This document shows, piece by piece, positions 9,844 through 21,377 of a DNA stretch of 34,637 nt. The DNA is taken from positions 1 to 34,637 of the forward strand of contig JAUCBJ010003510.1 in the NCBI GenBank assembly GCA_032718475.1, read 5' to 3'. Under the pieces are notes generated by a model, which ran no database searches, was not told where the DNA came from, and saw only the letters and a program-made list of their open reading frames with translations. The stretch comes from Nemertoderma westbladi. Its lineage: Eukaryota > Animalia > Xenacoelomorpha. The translations under genes and the position numbers were made by a program. Numbering within the stretch: position 1 is the stretch's first letter; each line of letters starts with the position of its first letter.

Positions 9844-11050
9844 CCTAGAATAGAAACCGAGAACCTCTGTAGCCGCCCAGGTACATTGGGACGTACTGGA
9901 ACCACTTTGGAACCCGAATTGCAACTCATCCAAATGTAAGCACTCAGCCTGCGAGATCAGCATGACCCACTCAAACAACTTAATCAGAAGGGAGGATAAG
10001 GCAATAGCCCTGTAATTACTGGAAAGGGAATCGTCACCTAATTTATCTTTTATCAAAGGAATAATGACACACGTCAGTAAGAACTGTGGAACAAAGCCGT
10101 GAATGAGAAAACTGTTGAACAAATCACTTAAATGTGAACATAATTCTGGAGGACCATTGATCAGGCAATCAGAATCAAAATCAAAAGTTACGTCTGTTTT
10201 AGAGCTTTTTAGCCTATGTAGACCTTCACTGACCAAATCCGGAGTGATATGCGGGAAATCAGCTGAATCACATCCTTCGAGTTTATCGGTAATCTGCGAT
10301 CTAACGAACTCTAAATCGGAATCATACGGTTGATTATATAGATCCGAATATATACTGGCGAATCGGTCGGCTATCGATTGTGGGTCTGTACAACCATCAA
10401 TGGTCGAAGTCACAGTGTTCGGTGTGGATCTAAGTTTCTTTATTTCTTTAAATATATCACTATTATTCCTTAAACACGCCTGGAGGAGTTTATCTCGACG
10501 CACATTATCTACTGAACGTTTGAGCCGTCTGACGGCATACTTATACTGCGCGCGAGACACCCGTCGCATGTGAAAAAGCTGACTATTTTGTGAAGCATTT
10601 GGACACCCCGCCGAGACCCACAAGGAATGCCATAGGATAGCTTCATCTCTAAATGGTTTAACTCGCTCCGACCAACCGGGAAGTTTAGGGCGATTATTAG
10701 CAGCACGGGGCTCACCATTATAATTATTATTTAAACTACTACAGCTGATATCAATGCATTCAAGAATATCTAAAACATATTTTTCAATAAACAGTCTATG
10801 AGTAAGGTCCGCACAAAAAATATTACCACATGTTATACAACCTGACTCAACCTCAATGTCATCCAATTTATTATGTAGATTGTTTACAAAGTCATGTTGC
10901 TGTTCAATAGAAGCTCGCTTAAATTTAATTTTACCATTACCAGTAGCATCACCTGAGCTATAATTAACACGTGGTAAATCTACACCACTAACTTTCAACT
11001 TCAAAAATATTGGGTCATGAAAAGATAAATTAGCACCAGAATGTATGTTC
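9844..11050 (-). pseudogene. N-terminal half of LINE ORF2 (end of APE endonuclease, linker, start of RT)
   Basis: ORF 9718..11085 is LINE-like up to ...WAATEVLGFYSR. Its last ~40 codons are read-through into the inserted repeat. Confidence 0.88.
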
Positions 11051-11218
11051 GCGCTTTTGAAGACCTTTAGCAGTATTACACGCATAATTAGCGTTGTTAT
11101 GTTGTTTTATATTAAAGCAATGATGATAATTGTAATTGTAAAGCAATGAGTGTAATTGGTGCATGTTATTTATCAACGTGTCTACAATGATTACTCATAA
11201 TGCGTGGAACAAAACCAA

Positions 11219-12398
11219 TGTGGGGCGAGCCACGAAGTGAGTGAGCCTTAGCGTAGTGGTACCATTAATCAACCTGTCGTTCTGTCGTTCTGTCGTTCTG
11301 TCGTTCTGTCGTGTTCAATTTTAAACGTTAATAACTCGGCCAATCTTTGATGAAATCTATCCAAACTTGGTACACATGTTGTTTGGCAAAAGTTTAGAAA
11401 TTTTCCAAGTAGAATTTCAGTGTGGCCTTCGAGAAGCTAAGATAATAGCAGTTAATTAGTTAATTAAGTTATTACGGTAAAAACACCATTTTCAACCTGC
11501 CTTTTAAAGGAAATTAATTGTTTTACACGTTCGTGGGGCCTTCGCGCAGCACGAGGCCCAGTTATGAGATACAAATTAAAATTGAGCGACTGTATCACAA
11601 AATCAGGTTTTGAGAAATTTACCCACACCACCAATCAATCAAAGAAAGGGGGACAGTACGTGTTCACCCCTTTTAATCCCCCCCCCCCCCCCCACCCTTC
11701 CCAACCACCAATACATAACCGCGACATCTACCACCCACGGAAGGGTAGCACGAACTTATTTCCAATCGCACGTTCAATATGCAAAGCCAGGTGGTTTATA
11801 GGAATATAATAAACGCAGTACTCGTATTCATTATAAGCCTCGTTGCGTTCGTCCTGTTTTGTATTTAAATATATTTCTTAAACGCAGGCTAGGACGTTCT
11901 TTATAATAATAATAACTAGGGATGCGATCAATATGTGAAGCCAGGTGGTTTATATAATAATTTAGTCAACGCAGTACTCGTCTTCATTATATGCCTCGTT
12001 GCGCTCGTCGCTTGTCCTGTTTTGTTATAAAATATTTTTCCTAAACGCAGACTGACGATCTTTATACAGTTATAACTATGCGAAGTTTCGAAACTGTGCG
12101 AGTAACTGTTGATACATCTATGTGGATATGTGTGATATGTGGAGATGTGTGATACAACGCCAACGCATCTTATGCCGATGTAGTAATATGGGTATTGAAA
12201 TAATATTAAATTAATGTACACTCTTAAAGCTGCAGCGAAAAAATGTAGCTAATTTCCTAGGTTACATATAAAATAATAATATTATTTTTAAGAACATTAA
12301 TTTTACTACTTTGCAAAAATTCAATTAAAAAATAACCAGACATATACATTGTGGAATAAACTATTTCAGAAGCCTACACAACAGCCATGCCATGGATA
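11219..12398. mobile_element. Rearranged Helentron/DINE-like (HINE-type) copy: 309-bp 5' end in + orientation fused to the 875-bp 3' end in - orientation
   Basis: 11219-11527 is the reverse complement of 14189-14497. 11524-12398 is a direct repeat of 12912-13786. The junction shares TACA. Confidence 0.7.
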
Positions 12399-12911
12399 CT
12401 ATGAAATTTCCCCGCTCAAGATAGCTAGTAAATTCCACCTGCCTTGCCAATAGTATAGGACCCCTTAATTTTGTTACTACCAGTCAACCAGTTCCGGTAC
12501 CCAAATAACTATGTATGTCATTCAACTCACTTTGAACACCAGTACTAGTAGTCAAGTAGACAGTACCGACCACCGTTCAAATTGGGTATGACTGCAGTTT
12601 TTTTTGCTGAAAGTGTTAACTTGTATAAACCATTTGAAATTATGTTATATTTCACATAGTCCGCATTGAGCAATTTTTTCTAGAACACTATTTATCTTAA
12701 CGACAGATTTTTTACATAGCAACAATAATGAATGAACACACAAGGGTATATTTATCTATTTAGACACTGGTCAATCATAAATAAGGAGAAACCAAGCTCG
12801 AGAAAATAAAAATGTAAGGAATAAGGATTATGTTTGCAGTTATGAGTTACAAATTTTGTAACATTGCAGTGTTATGGCAAACACTGTTACTGGTAGTGAA
12901 CTTGTAATACA

Positions 12912-14497
12912 TACACGTTCGTGGGGCCTTCGCGCAGCACGAGGCCCAGTTATGAGATACAAATTAAAATTGAGCGACTGTATCACAAAATCAGGTTTTG
13001 AGAAATTTACCCACACCACCAATCAATCAAAGAAAGAAAGGGGGACAGTACGTGTTCACCCCTTTTAATCCCCCCCCCCCCACCCTTCCCAACCACCAAT
13101 ACATAACCGCGACATCTACCACCCACGGAAGGGTAGCACGAACTTATTTCCAATCGCACGTTCAATATGCAAAGCCAGGTGGTTTATAGGAATATAATAA
13201 ACGCAGTACTCGTATTCATTATAAGCCTCGTTGCGTTCGTCCTGTTTTGTATTTAAATATATTTCTTAAACGCAGGCTAGGACGTTCTTTATAATAATAA
13301 TAACTAGGGATGCGATCAATATGTGAAGCCAGGTGGTTTATATAATAATTTAGTCAACGCAGTACTCGTCTTCATTATATGCCTCGTTGCGCTCGTCGCT
13401 TGTCCTGTTTTGTTATAAAATATTTTTCCTAAACGCAGACTGACGATCTTTATACAGTTATAACTATGCGAAGTTTCGAAACTGTGCGAGTAACTGTTGA
13501 TACATCTATGTGGATATGTGTGATATGTGGAGATGTGTGATACAACGCCAACGCATCTTATGCCGATGTAGTAATATGGGTATTGAAATAATATTAAATC
13601 AATGTACACTCTTAAAGCTGCAGCGAAAAAATGTAGCTAATTTCCTAGGTTACATATAAAATAATAATATTATTTTTAAGAACATTAATTTTACTACTTT
13701 GCAAAAATTCAATTAAAAAATAACCAGACATATACATTGTGGAATAAACTATTTCAGAAGCCTACACAACAGCCATGCCATGGATAGTATTTATGTTATG
13801 ATATCTGTCATTCACCTGAGATAGCAATACAACATTTATAGTGAATTTAAAGAATGCTGTCTGGGCTGGAATAGCAATACTGGTTGTCTATTACTATTCC
13901 TCTCTAGTTAGTCTTAGCAACAACTCCCAGCCAGCAGCAGAGACTTGACCAATAATCATTCCCAGCAACTGGGAATGACACACACATCCCATCTATGTAC
14001 CAGCATGTTGGCCAATAAATGAGCAGTATTTAATGAGAATACATTTTTTTTGCCGTTTTAATTACTTTAGATCAATTAAAGACACAATTATTAAAGCAAA
14101 TCACTTGAACTAATTAAAAACTATAATAGAATGGCGTATGTGGATTACATCTGTATAATTTTTAATTATAATTATTTAAATCTTATACTGTAAAACAATT
14201 AATTTCCTTTAAAAGGCAGGTTGAAAATGGTGTTTTTACCGTAATAACTTAATTAACTAATTAACTGCTATTATCTTAGCTTCTCGAAGGCCACACGGAA
14301 ATTCTACTTGGAAAATTTCTAAACTTTTGCCAAACAACATGTGTACCAAGTTTGGATAGATTTCATCAAAGATTGGCCGAGTTATTAACGTTTAAAATTG
14401 AACACGACAGAACGACAGAACGACAGAACGACAGAACGACAGGTTGATTAATGGTACCACTACGCTAAGGCTCACTCACTTCGTGGCTCGCCCCACA
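12912..14497 (-). mobile_element. Non-autonomous Helentron/DINE-like (HINE-type) element, apparently full length
   Basis: Short subterminal inverted motif GTGGGGC/GCCCCAC, (CTGTCGTT)n microsatellite near the 5' end, GC-rich hairpin GGGCCTTCG...CGAGGCCC at the 3' end, no TSD and no real ORF. Confidence 0.65.
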
Positions 14498-15589
14498 AGG
14501 CTCGGTGTGCAATTTGGAGCTCATCACTGTGGCCAAGTAATGCACCGGCATACCTGTCTGTCAGGAATATATGCTGTCAGCACCCTAACTCTCGCTAGAC
14601 ATGTATCCCCAAGAACTGGTGGAAAATATGTTAATTCGAATGTCGACTTTAAAGGCCGACGCATTTATGGACAGAATGGCGCAGGTTTATCTTTTTCGAA
14701 GTACTGTAGCAGTGGTTACCAAAACTGAGATGTTGTTTCTGTAATCGTGTGATGTCCGGTATTACCAGTGGACCGTGAAATGAAAGGTGAAAGACTGTCG
14801 ATGAAACAACTTCTGCATTTGCAGTAATTACTTTTAGTTGAATGTTTGATAATATATTTATTAACACGTTATCACTGTCCTTGTTCGCACACTTGCAATA
14901 AAAATTGAAAGCCCAATTTACAAATTGCTCCCACATCCAACCAAAGTTTGTAGGCTATAGTGGCGGCTGCCGGCTGCATATTATCTACAGCCGCTCTCCA
15001 GAATAATACTTGCGAGCCCGCTCTTCTTATATTCATTCTTGACTGCTGCAGTTTCCTTTAATTCTAAATTTTACATCTGAAATAAATAATACTTTCATTA
15101 TATTTTGTGCAAGATAATTCGCAATGCTAGGTTAGCTTTGCAGGAATTAAAAGTTCTAGGAATTCGAATAATATATCAATATCTGCATTATACAATAGTA
15201 AAAAAAGCCAATCAAACAGTCGGACTGAAGGCATCTCTTCGAAGATAGGGAGGACCTTTAGTCGCAATCAAAATTCATCCCTCTCCAGGGAAAAATCGAC
15301 GCAAATAACAGCTGGTTACTCCCAAAAATAAAACTGTAACCTGTTCTGTTGACTTTCGTTTATCATTTTGGTTAGAATAACGTGCCACTGTAACATGCTT
15401 CTGTCTCCCTCTTCAGTAGCTGCCACCCGAAGGTATGACTGGTGGTACTCCATCCAATAACGTCCATCCACTTCCAGTCTGCAAATTCAGCAGAAAGCAA
15501 TTCGGTCAAAGTTTCAATTGGTTGAGTATGAATTCTCCTAAGTCCATTTACACTTCTGACACTAAACCCCATCGAATATAAAAATTCCA

Positions 15590-16360
15590 GGATCATAAAC
15601 TAATATAATTACAACATTTTTGATGGGAATCACAAGACAACAGCAATGTGTTGCTACAGTCCAACCAATAATGCATCAGAGCCAGAACAAGCAGTCAAGG
15701 GCTATAAGATCTGAATGGAGTCATTGATACCTACAAACACCACATTCGAAAAGAGTAAGGATGGACATTTAACTACGAGGCATACAGTAGTCAGCTCGTT
15801 CAACCTAATTTGTTCGGACCAGACCAGACTGCAGAGCTCAGATTCAGTTTGAGAGTCAGTAAACTCAGGACAAGCAAGCAAATCAACTATAACTGGGAGA
15901 AACGCAGAACTGACAATGCAGTAAAGGAAGCTCACACCGTAGAAGTTCAAAATCGCAAGAGAGAAGATGTTAAGATACTCCTACTCCAAAGTAAGAACTG
16001 AACAACCAACAGCCGAAAACATCAACAAGGTTGAGAAAGCTAAACAACTAGGCACCTGCCGAACTCCAAAGAAGTATTAAAAGCATGTCCAATTATAAAG
16101 CGAGTAGTGGATTAGGTGAAATCCCTGAAGAGGTATGGAAAACCGGAGTGCTAAAAAGACCATTTTCGGATGATTGCAACCAGATGTTAAAAGGGGACAA
16201 TCCACCACCAATTTGGACTAAAGGTCAACTAAAGCCTCTCCCAAAGGAAGGAGCCCTCGGCATACCAACAAACTATCGTGGGATCTGTCTGCTTGTGGTT
16301 GCTGCCAAAATATACAATAAAATGATTCTATATAGGGTTAGGCCCCACTTAGAGAATGTT
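15590..16360 (+). pseudogene. Decayed, internally deleted RTE-like LINE fragment (APE remnants and RT N-terminus)
   Basis: CYSPTN at about 15653 and EIPEEVWKTG...PLPKEGALGIPTNYRGICLLVVAAKIYNKMILYRVRPHLE in ORF 16085..16414. Frameshifts and deletions lie between these motifs. Confidence 0.8.
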
Positions 16361-17432
16361 GCTCTTTTATGTTGCGTTTTATTCACATTTTTTTTATATA
16401 GGCATATGTTATAAACAAATAAAGTTGAAAAAATATTTCTACCATAACAAAAAAAATCTGCCATATTTTAAAATAAATAAATAAAATCTGAAATATTAAA
16501 AAAAATACAATAATATTGTATAAATGTTGGGTAAAGGCAATATGTTTCAGAACATTTATATGTATCAAAACTTAAAAATAGCTACATAAAAAGTATTATA
16601 AAATGATCAATAATGCTTGATAGGGCCGTGGTGATGGAGACGTTTTAAAATTCTCTTCCAACAACAATTGTAAAGCGAAAATACAAGTATTTTTAAATAT
16701 AAGTATTATACAATATTCTATATATTAAATGGTGGTGTACATAAAGTATATTACCTTTAAAATTGACGTAACAACTTCGATAGAATCGGGTTTCCAAAAT
16801 AGTTAGGTCTTCAAGCTCACCATCTCCCAAATCCAACGGAATCATCAAATTTCCATCAACTTCTTCGTATCGCGGCAATCTTGTTTCGCAAATCAATGGC
16901 AAAAGTCCTTTCTCATATTGCTATCGCTGCATTTTTCTTGCGTTTCCAACTTTTGGATTTTTTGGATCTATCGCCTTACATAAGGCGGTAGATCCAGATA
17001 AGGCAATCTTTCTCAAACCTAAATGTCACTATTAATCACAATATTTTTTAATTATTTTCTCTTTAAGAAAATCTCTCTTTAAGGTTATTTTCATTGCCTA
17101 AATGTAACTTATTACTGCAATGTTTTGAATCATAAAAACATAATATTCTAGAATGTTTAATGTTGTTGCTAACACATTCTCTACATAGATTAACATTTTT
17201 TTGGTAATTTTGTTATGATTTTATCCTCCAAACAAACGGCAATAAAAAAAATTGCTCAACCTTTCCCAAAGTCTTTATAGCGAAAATTTATTGTTATAAT
17301 GTTGAACAACATCATGAGCAAATAAAATTGCAGTCATACGCTGGAGAACGGTTCGTCAGTAAAATGTACCAAGCGTCTACTCGACTATAGTAGGCGTTAG
17401 TGTTAGTTACATTAGTGGCTAGAGCTCCGGGC

Positions 17433-18210
17433 TAGAGTTCCGTATTCCTCCCCATTTGATATTTTGGTAACATTAATTGAAATAATAGATATACTTACAC
17501 TGTAATGTCCTCCTATATTTAGCGCAACTTTTAAGAAGAAATTTTGTGTTCTAGAACATTAGCAAATCAGCTAGCTATTATTTTGGGAACAGTTCCGTAT
17601 GCAGTCGCATTTTTATTACATAAATCATTGTTACCATGGCAAAATTGTAGAGTTCTAGAACAAAATATAATTACTATACACTGTTCTAGAACATAAAAAT
17701 AAAATAAAAAATATAGTTCTAGAACATATAGCTAGTCATTTTCCAAATTTAAAATGGCGAATAATTTAAAATAAAACTACATTTTTATAACATAAATCAT
17801 TGTTGCCTTGCAAAAAATGGAAACTGCTATAATTTCATTAATATTTTTTTACATTACGGTATGGGTATATGCATCAGTGTAAACCTGAAATATCAATGTT
17901 TTCAAATTTTTTTTATAATTACAAAAAATACTAGCTAGTAAAAAAACACTAGCTACCATAAAAACATATCTACCAATGTTCTAGAACACAAAAAAATTGC
18001 AGTATTTTTAGAAATTTCCAAAAAAAATGTTTATATAAAATAAATCATGTTTTGTTAAATTACTAGCTAGTCGATTAGCTAATGTTCTAGAACACAATAT
18101 TTTTTTTGAAAAATGTTGCAATGAAGTTAGTGGTGATATTACTATGCAAAAAGTACATAATTTCATTAATTAATATCAAAATATCAAATGCGACTGCATA
18201 CGGAACTCTA
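17433..18210. mobile_element. Non-autonomous TIR element (MITE-like) with repeated TGTTCTAGAACA palindromes
   Basis: TAGAGTTCCGTAT (17433) and ATACGGAACTCTA (18210), with imperfect inverted arms continuing inward. An internal segment 17585-17785 is repeated directly at 18478-18712. Confidence 0.65.
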
Positions 18211-19834
18211 ACCATTATTTTACAAAATATTGTTTGAGTCTTTGACTTTTCTGTGATGTTCTCATTGAGCGGGTCTAGTTGTTATTTAATATAGCTACCG
18301 GTAGTGTTATTAATGTTGTAGCCATTGTTTTAAAAAATATTTTTCTTTTTTGGTGTTATGTTATTGAATAATGTTTTAAGCAACACTGAAACTATTTTTC
18401 TTGTAACATTAGCTAATGGGGTGCAATCACTTGCCTAATTTGCCATTTGCCCAATGAGTCACTTGCCCAATAAAAAAGGGAACAGTTCCGTATGCAGTCG
18501 CATTTTTATAACATAAATCATTGTTACCATGGCAACATTGTAGAGTTCTAGAACAATATAATATATAATATGTAATTATTATACACTGTCTCGAACATAA
18601 ATAAAATAAAAAATATAATGTTCTAGAACATATTTATTTTATTATTCATTTATTTGTTTTATATATTTATTCAAATTTAAAATGGCTAGTAATTTAAAAT
18701 AAAACTACATTTGGCATTACTATGTTATGTGTACCAACTTTTTGACCATTTATTCGACCATGTTAATGGCTATTATCATGAAATTTTTTGTTTTAGAACA
18801 TAAATGTCATCTTCTATGAGACGTTACCTAGTAGGTACACAGTATTAATTCTACATTTAAATATAATTAAAGTTTATTGGAAGTTTTCCCCTGCATGGAT
18901 GTGATAAATCGTTAGTCCATCTTGACTATAGTCGACTGAAGCAAACTGATTCACCGTCTGTGTCCGTTCAGTTTTACTGAACACTGTCGTCGTCATATCT
19001 TGCTTTGGTCATTATACTGTCTTCTATTGGACGTTTCGCCATAATGGAATACAGTACACGTTAAATAATTATTTACATACAGTAGCTAGTCCCGTCACTG
19101 CAAACTGGATAATAAAGCAGCACTCATTAACATAAATGGAAATAATACATTCTGGAATACGGTAGTTTAAGTTGTTTCTATGTCTTTGAATACTTTGCAG
19201 CGTTCCGTCCTATAGGCCGCAACGCTGTAAAGTAGTACTTTGCAGCGTTACGAGTAATTCACCAGAACGCTGTTAAGTTGACATAATGTAACAAAAATGA
19301 TAAAATACCGCTGGTGTCGTCAAATGAAAAAATAGGGAAAAAATCCATTCATGGAGATAATAAAAGCAACCTACTATAAAATTTTCCATTTCTTGAAAAT
19401 GTGCTAGAACAAAATTAACGTGTTGTAGATCATAATAAAAAAAATCTATTATGTTTCTATCACAATTTACACAATCACAATCTATTACAATTTACACAAA
19501 CACTAAAAGGTAACAGTTAGCAAACTTGTACATTTTGGTAAAAAATTAAAATGGGGGACGGGCGGTACTCTAGCCATTAATTTCTCCATAATAGAGAAAC
19601 AATTATATTTTTAAAAATACTAGCATGTAAACCAATGCACAATAATAATTATGTTAAAAAACACACTTATAAATCCTGAAAAACCTATCAAAAACACTGG
19701 CTATAATAAAAAAAAACACTAGCTACCACTTTAAAATTATTAGATGTCGTACTGTACATACAGAACATAGAATTTGATGTCTTAACATCATCGTCTCAAA
19801 GCAAAATGAGAAAAAGTAAAGAATAACTATTTAT

Positions 19835-19960
19835 TATATCGTGTATGACTGTATCACACGCTGGTCCCAAGTGTTAATATTTACAAGAACGAGCGGTGCG
19901 AGTGAGTGAAATATTGAAACGAGGGACCGAAGTGAGATAAAGGTACATTATACACAATAT
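19835..19960. repeat. Imperfect long hairpin (about 125 bp) centred on a CGAGCGGTGCGAG-type loop
   Basis: Paired arms GTGTAT/ATACAC, TATCACAC/GTGAGATA, GGTCCC/GGGACC and AATATTT/AAATATT. Confidence 0.6.
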
Positions 19961-19994
19961 ACCGGTAATCCAGAAATTTACAATAAAAACACTA

Positions 19995-20319
19995 AAGGTC
20001 CGTTTCCGCGCAGCTTTTTTTTGAGCTTTATTTCAAACTTTTTTTAGTTAAACCAAATATTAATTGCTTCAAGATGAATCTGAGAAGTTTCGAATGCTAA
20101 AACATAAAATATAGAATAAAGCTCAATAAAAAGCTAGAAAAAAAGCTCACAAAAAGGTTTGAAAAAAAAACTAAAAAAAGCAGGGTCGAATATCATAATT
20201 ATCTAATTCTAGAACATATCTTCATTCTAACTGAACGTTAGAAAAGGCATATCAAGCTTGTAAAAAAGCTAAAAAAAAGCTTGAAAAAAGCTAGAAATAA
20301 AGCTCAAGAAACGGACCTT
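19995..20319. mobile_element. MITE with 12-bp TIR AAGGTCCGTTTC, flanked by TA
   Basis: TA|AAGGTCCGTTTC...GAAACGGACCTT|TA (an alternative reading is a CTAA/TTAA target), with internal AGCTTTTT/AAAAAGCT subrepeats. Confidence 0.8.
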
Positions 20320-20442
20320 TAAGCACCATTTTCGTTACCAATTAAATGTTATTTATTTGTGTGGAATTAATTTCGCACTACCAAATTGCCAAGGCGACAT
20401 ATTTTCCAACTGTACATCGCAGTGCGACAAGACGTTCTAGAA

Positions 20443-21113
20443 CTACAAGGCCAAAAAATCATGGAAAAGGCAATCCAGGATAGGGCAGATTCTTACATAG
20501 ACCAGGTACTCACAAATCTAAATGGGCTTTGACTCTGCACAGAAGGTCAGGTGTATGACCATAACGAACTCAGGAATGGATCAGACCACAGCCCAGTATC
20601 AATTAAACTATATCCTATTTTAGGAATAGAGAGAGGCGAACACCACTAATCTCAAAGCACTCCAGGAAGAGTACGGCAATAACCCTATTATTTGGACAGA
20701 AAAGACAATGAATGCGTATCTAGAGAAAGTGACACACACCATCCAGCAAGCAGCTTCAAAGTTTATCATGAAAATCACAATCAGAAAGAAAACCAAAAAC
20801 CTTAGAATAATAAACAAGAAGCTCAACTCTCGGAGCAAAACAACAAAAGGTCTATACTCATCCCAAATCACATACCAAACCAATAATAAACACAATTTAC
20901 TGATTATATTATACTTATATTTGCACATTTATTGTATATACGCCTATGACGTCTTATTATCAATTGTAATCTGTGCAATTATTCAATTTTAATTTGTATC
21001 TCAGTATATCTTATACCGATTTTGATATGTGTCAATCTGGTAGACTTTTATTATATGTTCTTGTGCAATTTATGTAAATTTTATTTCATTACAACAATGA
21101 AATGAAATGAAAA
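20443..21113 (+). pseudogene. LINE remnant: APE endonuclease C-terminal motifs followed by a (TGAAA)n-type tail
   Basis: Translation SYIDQVLTN...*...RNGSDHSPVSIKL, and aatgaaatgaaatgaaa near 21097-21113. Confidence 0.55.
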
Positions 21114-21377
21114 ACTTTTAAGAATTTTTATACAACTTTTGCTGACGAAAATGGTGCTTCAATAATGAACCGTAAAACTGTTCAATAAAGTGGGGCCGGC
21201 CAAGTAATTCCATAGAAACAAATCTAATAGAAAATTGAATACAATTTAAAAAAATGGGGATACAATATCTAATAGTACGACGAATATTTACAAAGCAATA
21301 ACTAATAGATTTGTTGTAAAAACAATAATTAAGATAAATAATTAGTTTGAAACCAATTGCACGTATACTACAGTATA

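Larger units (their letters stand above)
8819..9846 (+). mobile_element. Retrozyme-like tandem array: 3 x 340/341-bp units, each with a type I hammerhead ribozyme
   Basis: Units start at 8819, 9159 and 9499, with a 7-nt start of a fourth unit at 9840. I see only one substitution (8939 C versus 9279 A) and one 1-nt insertion (about 9568) among the copies. Confidence 0.9.
7441..11050 (-). mobile_element. 5'-truncated non-LTR retrotransposon (CR1/L2-group LINE), interrupted by a hammerhead-repeat array
   Basis: ORF2 motifs in order: APE end NLSFHDPI (SDH-like), NYRAIAL, LQFGFQ, LLDLSKAF, GVRQGSVASP, GYADD, HLGN, FYGSNLW. A 3' UTR of about 190 nt ends in a small hairpin (tattc...gaata) and an (ATTAA)n tail at 7441-7460. 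Confidence 0.9.

Noticed and set aside
8819-9846. Idea that the array is a spliceosomal intron of the LINE transcript
   Set aside because: AG|GT occurs at both junctions on the - strand, but there is no polypyrimidine tract and that splice would leave a frameshift.
11564-13609. Duplicated short ORFs (63-97 aa)
   Set aside because: They are by-products of the 875-bp direct repeat, with no domain signal, and some are altered by indels between the copies.
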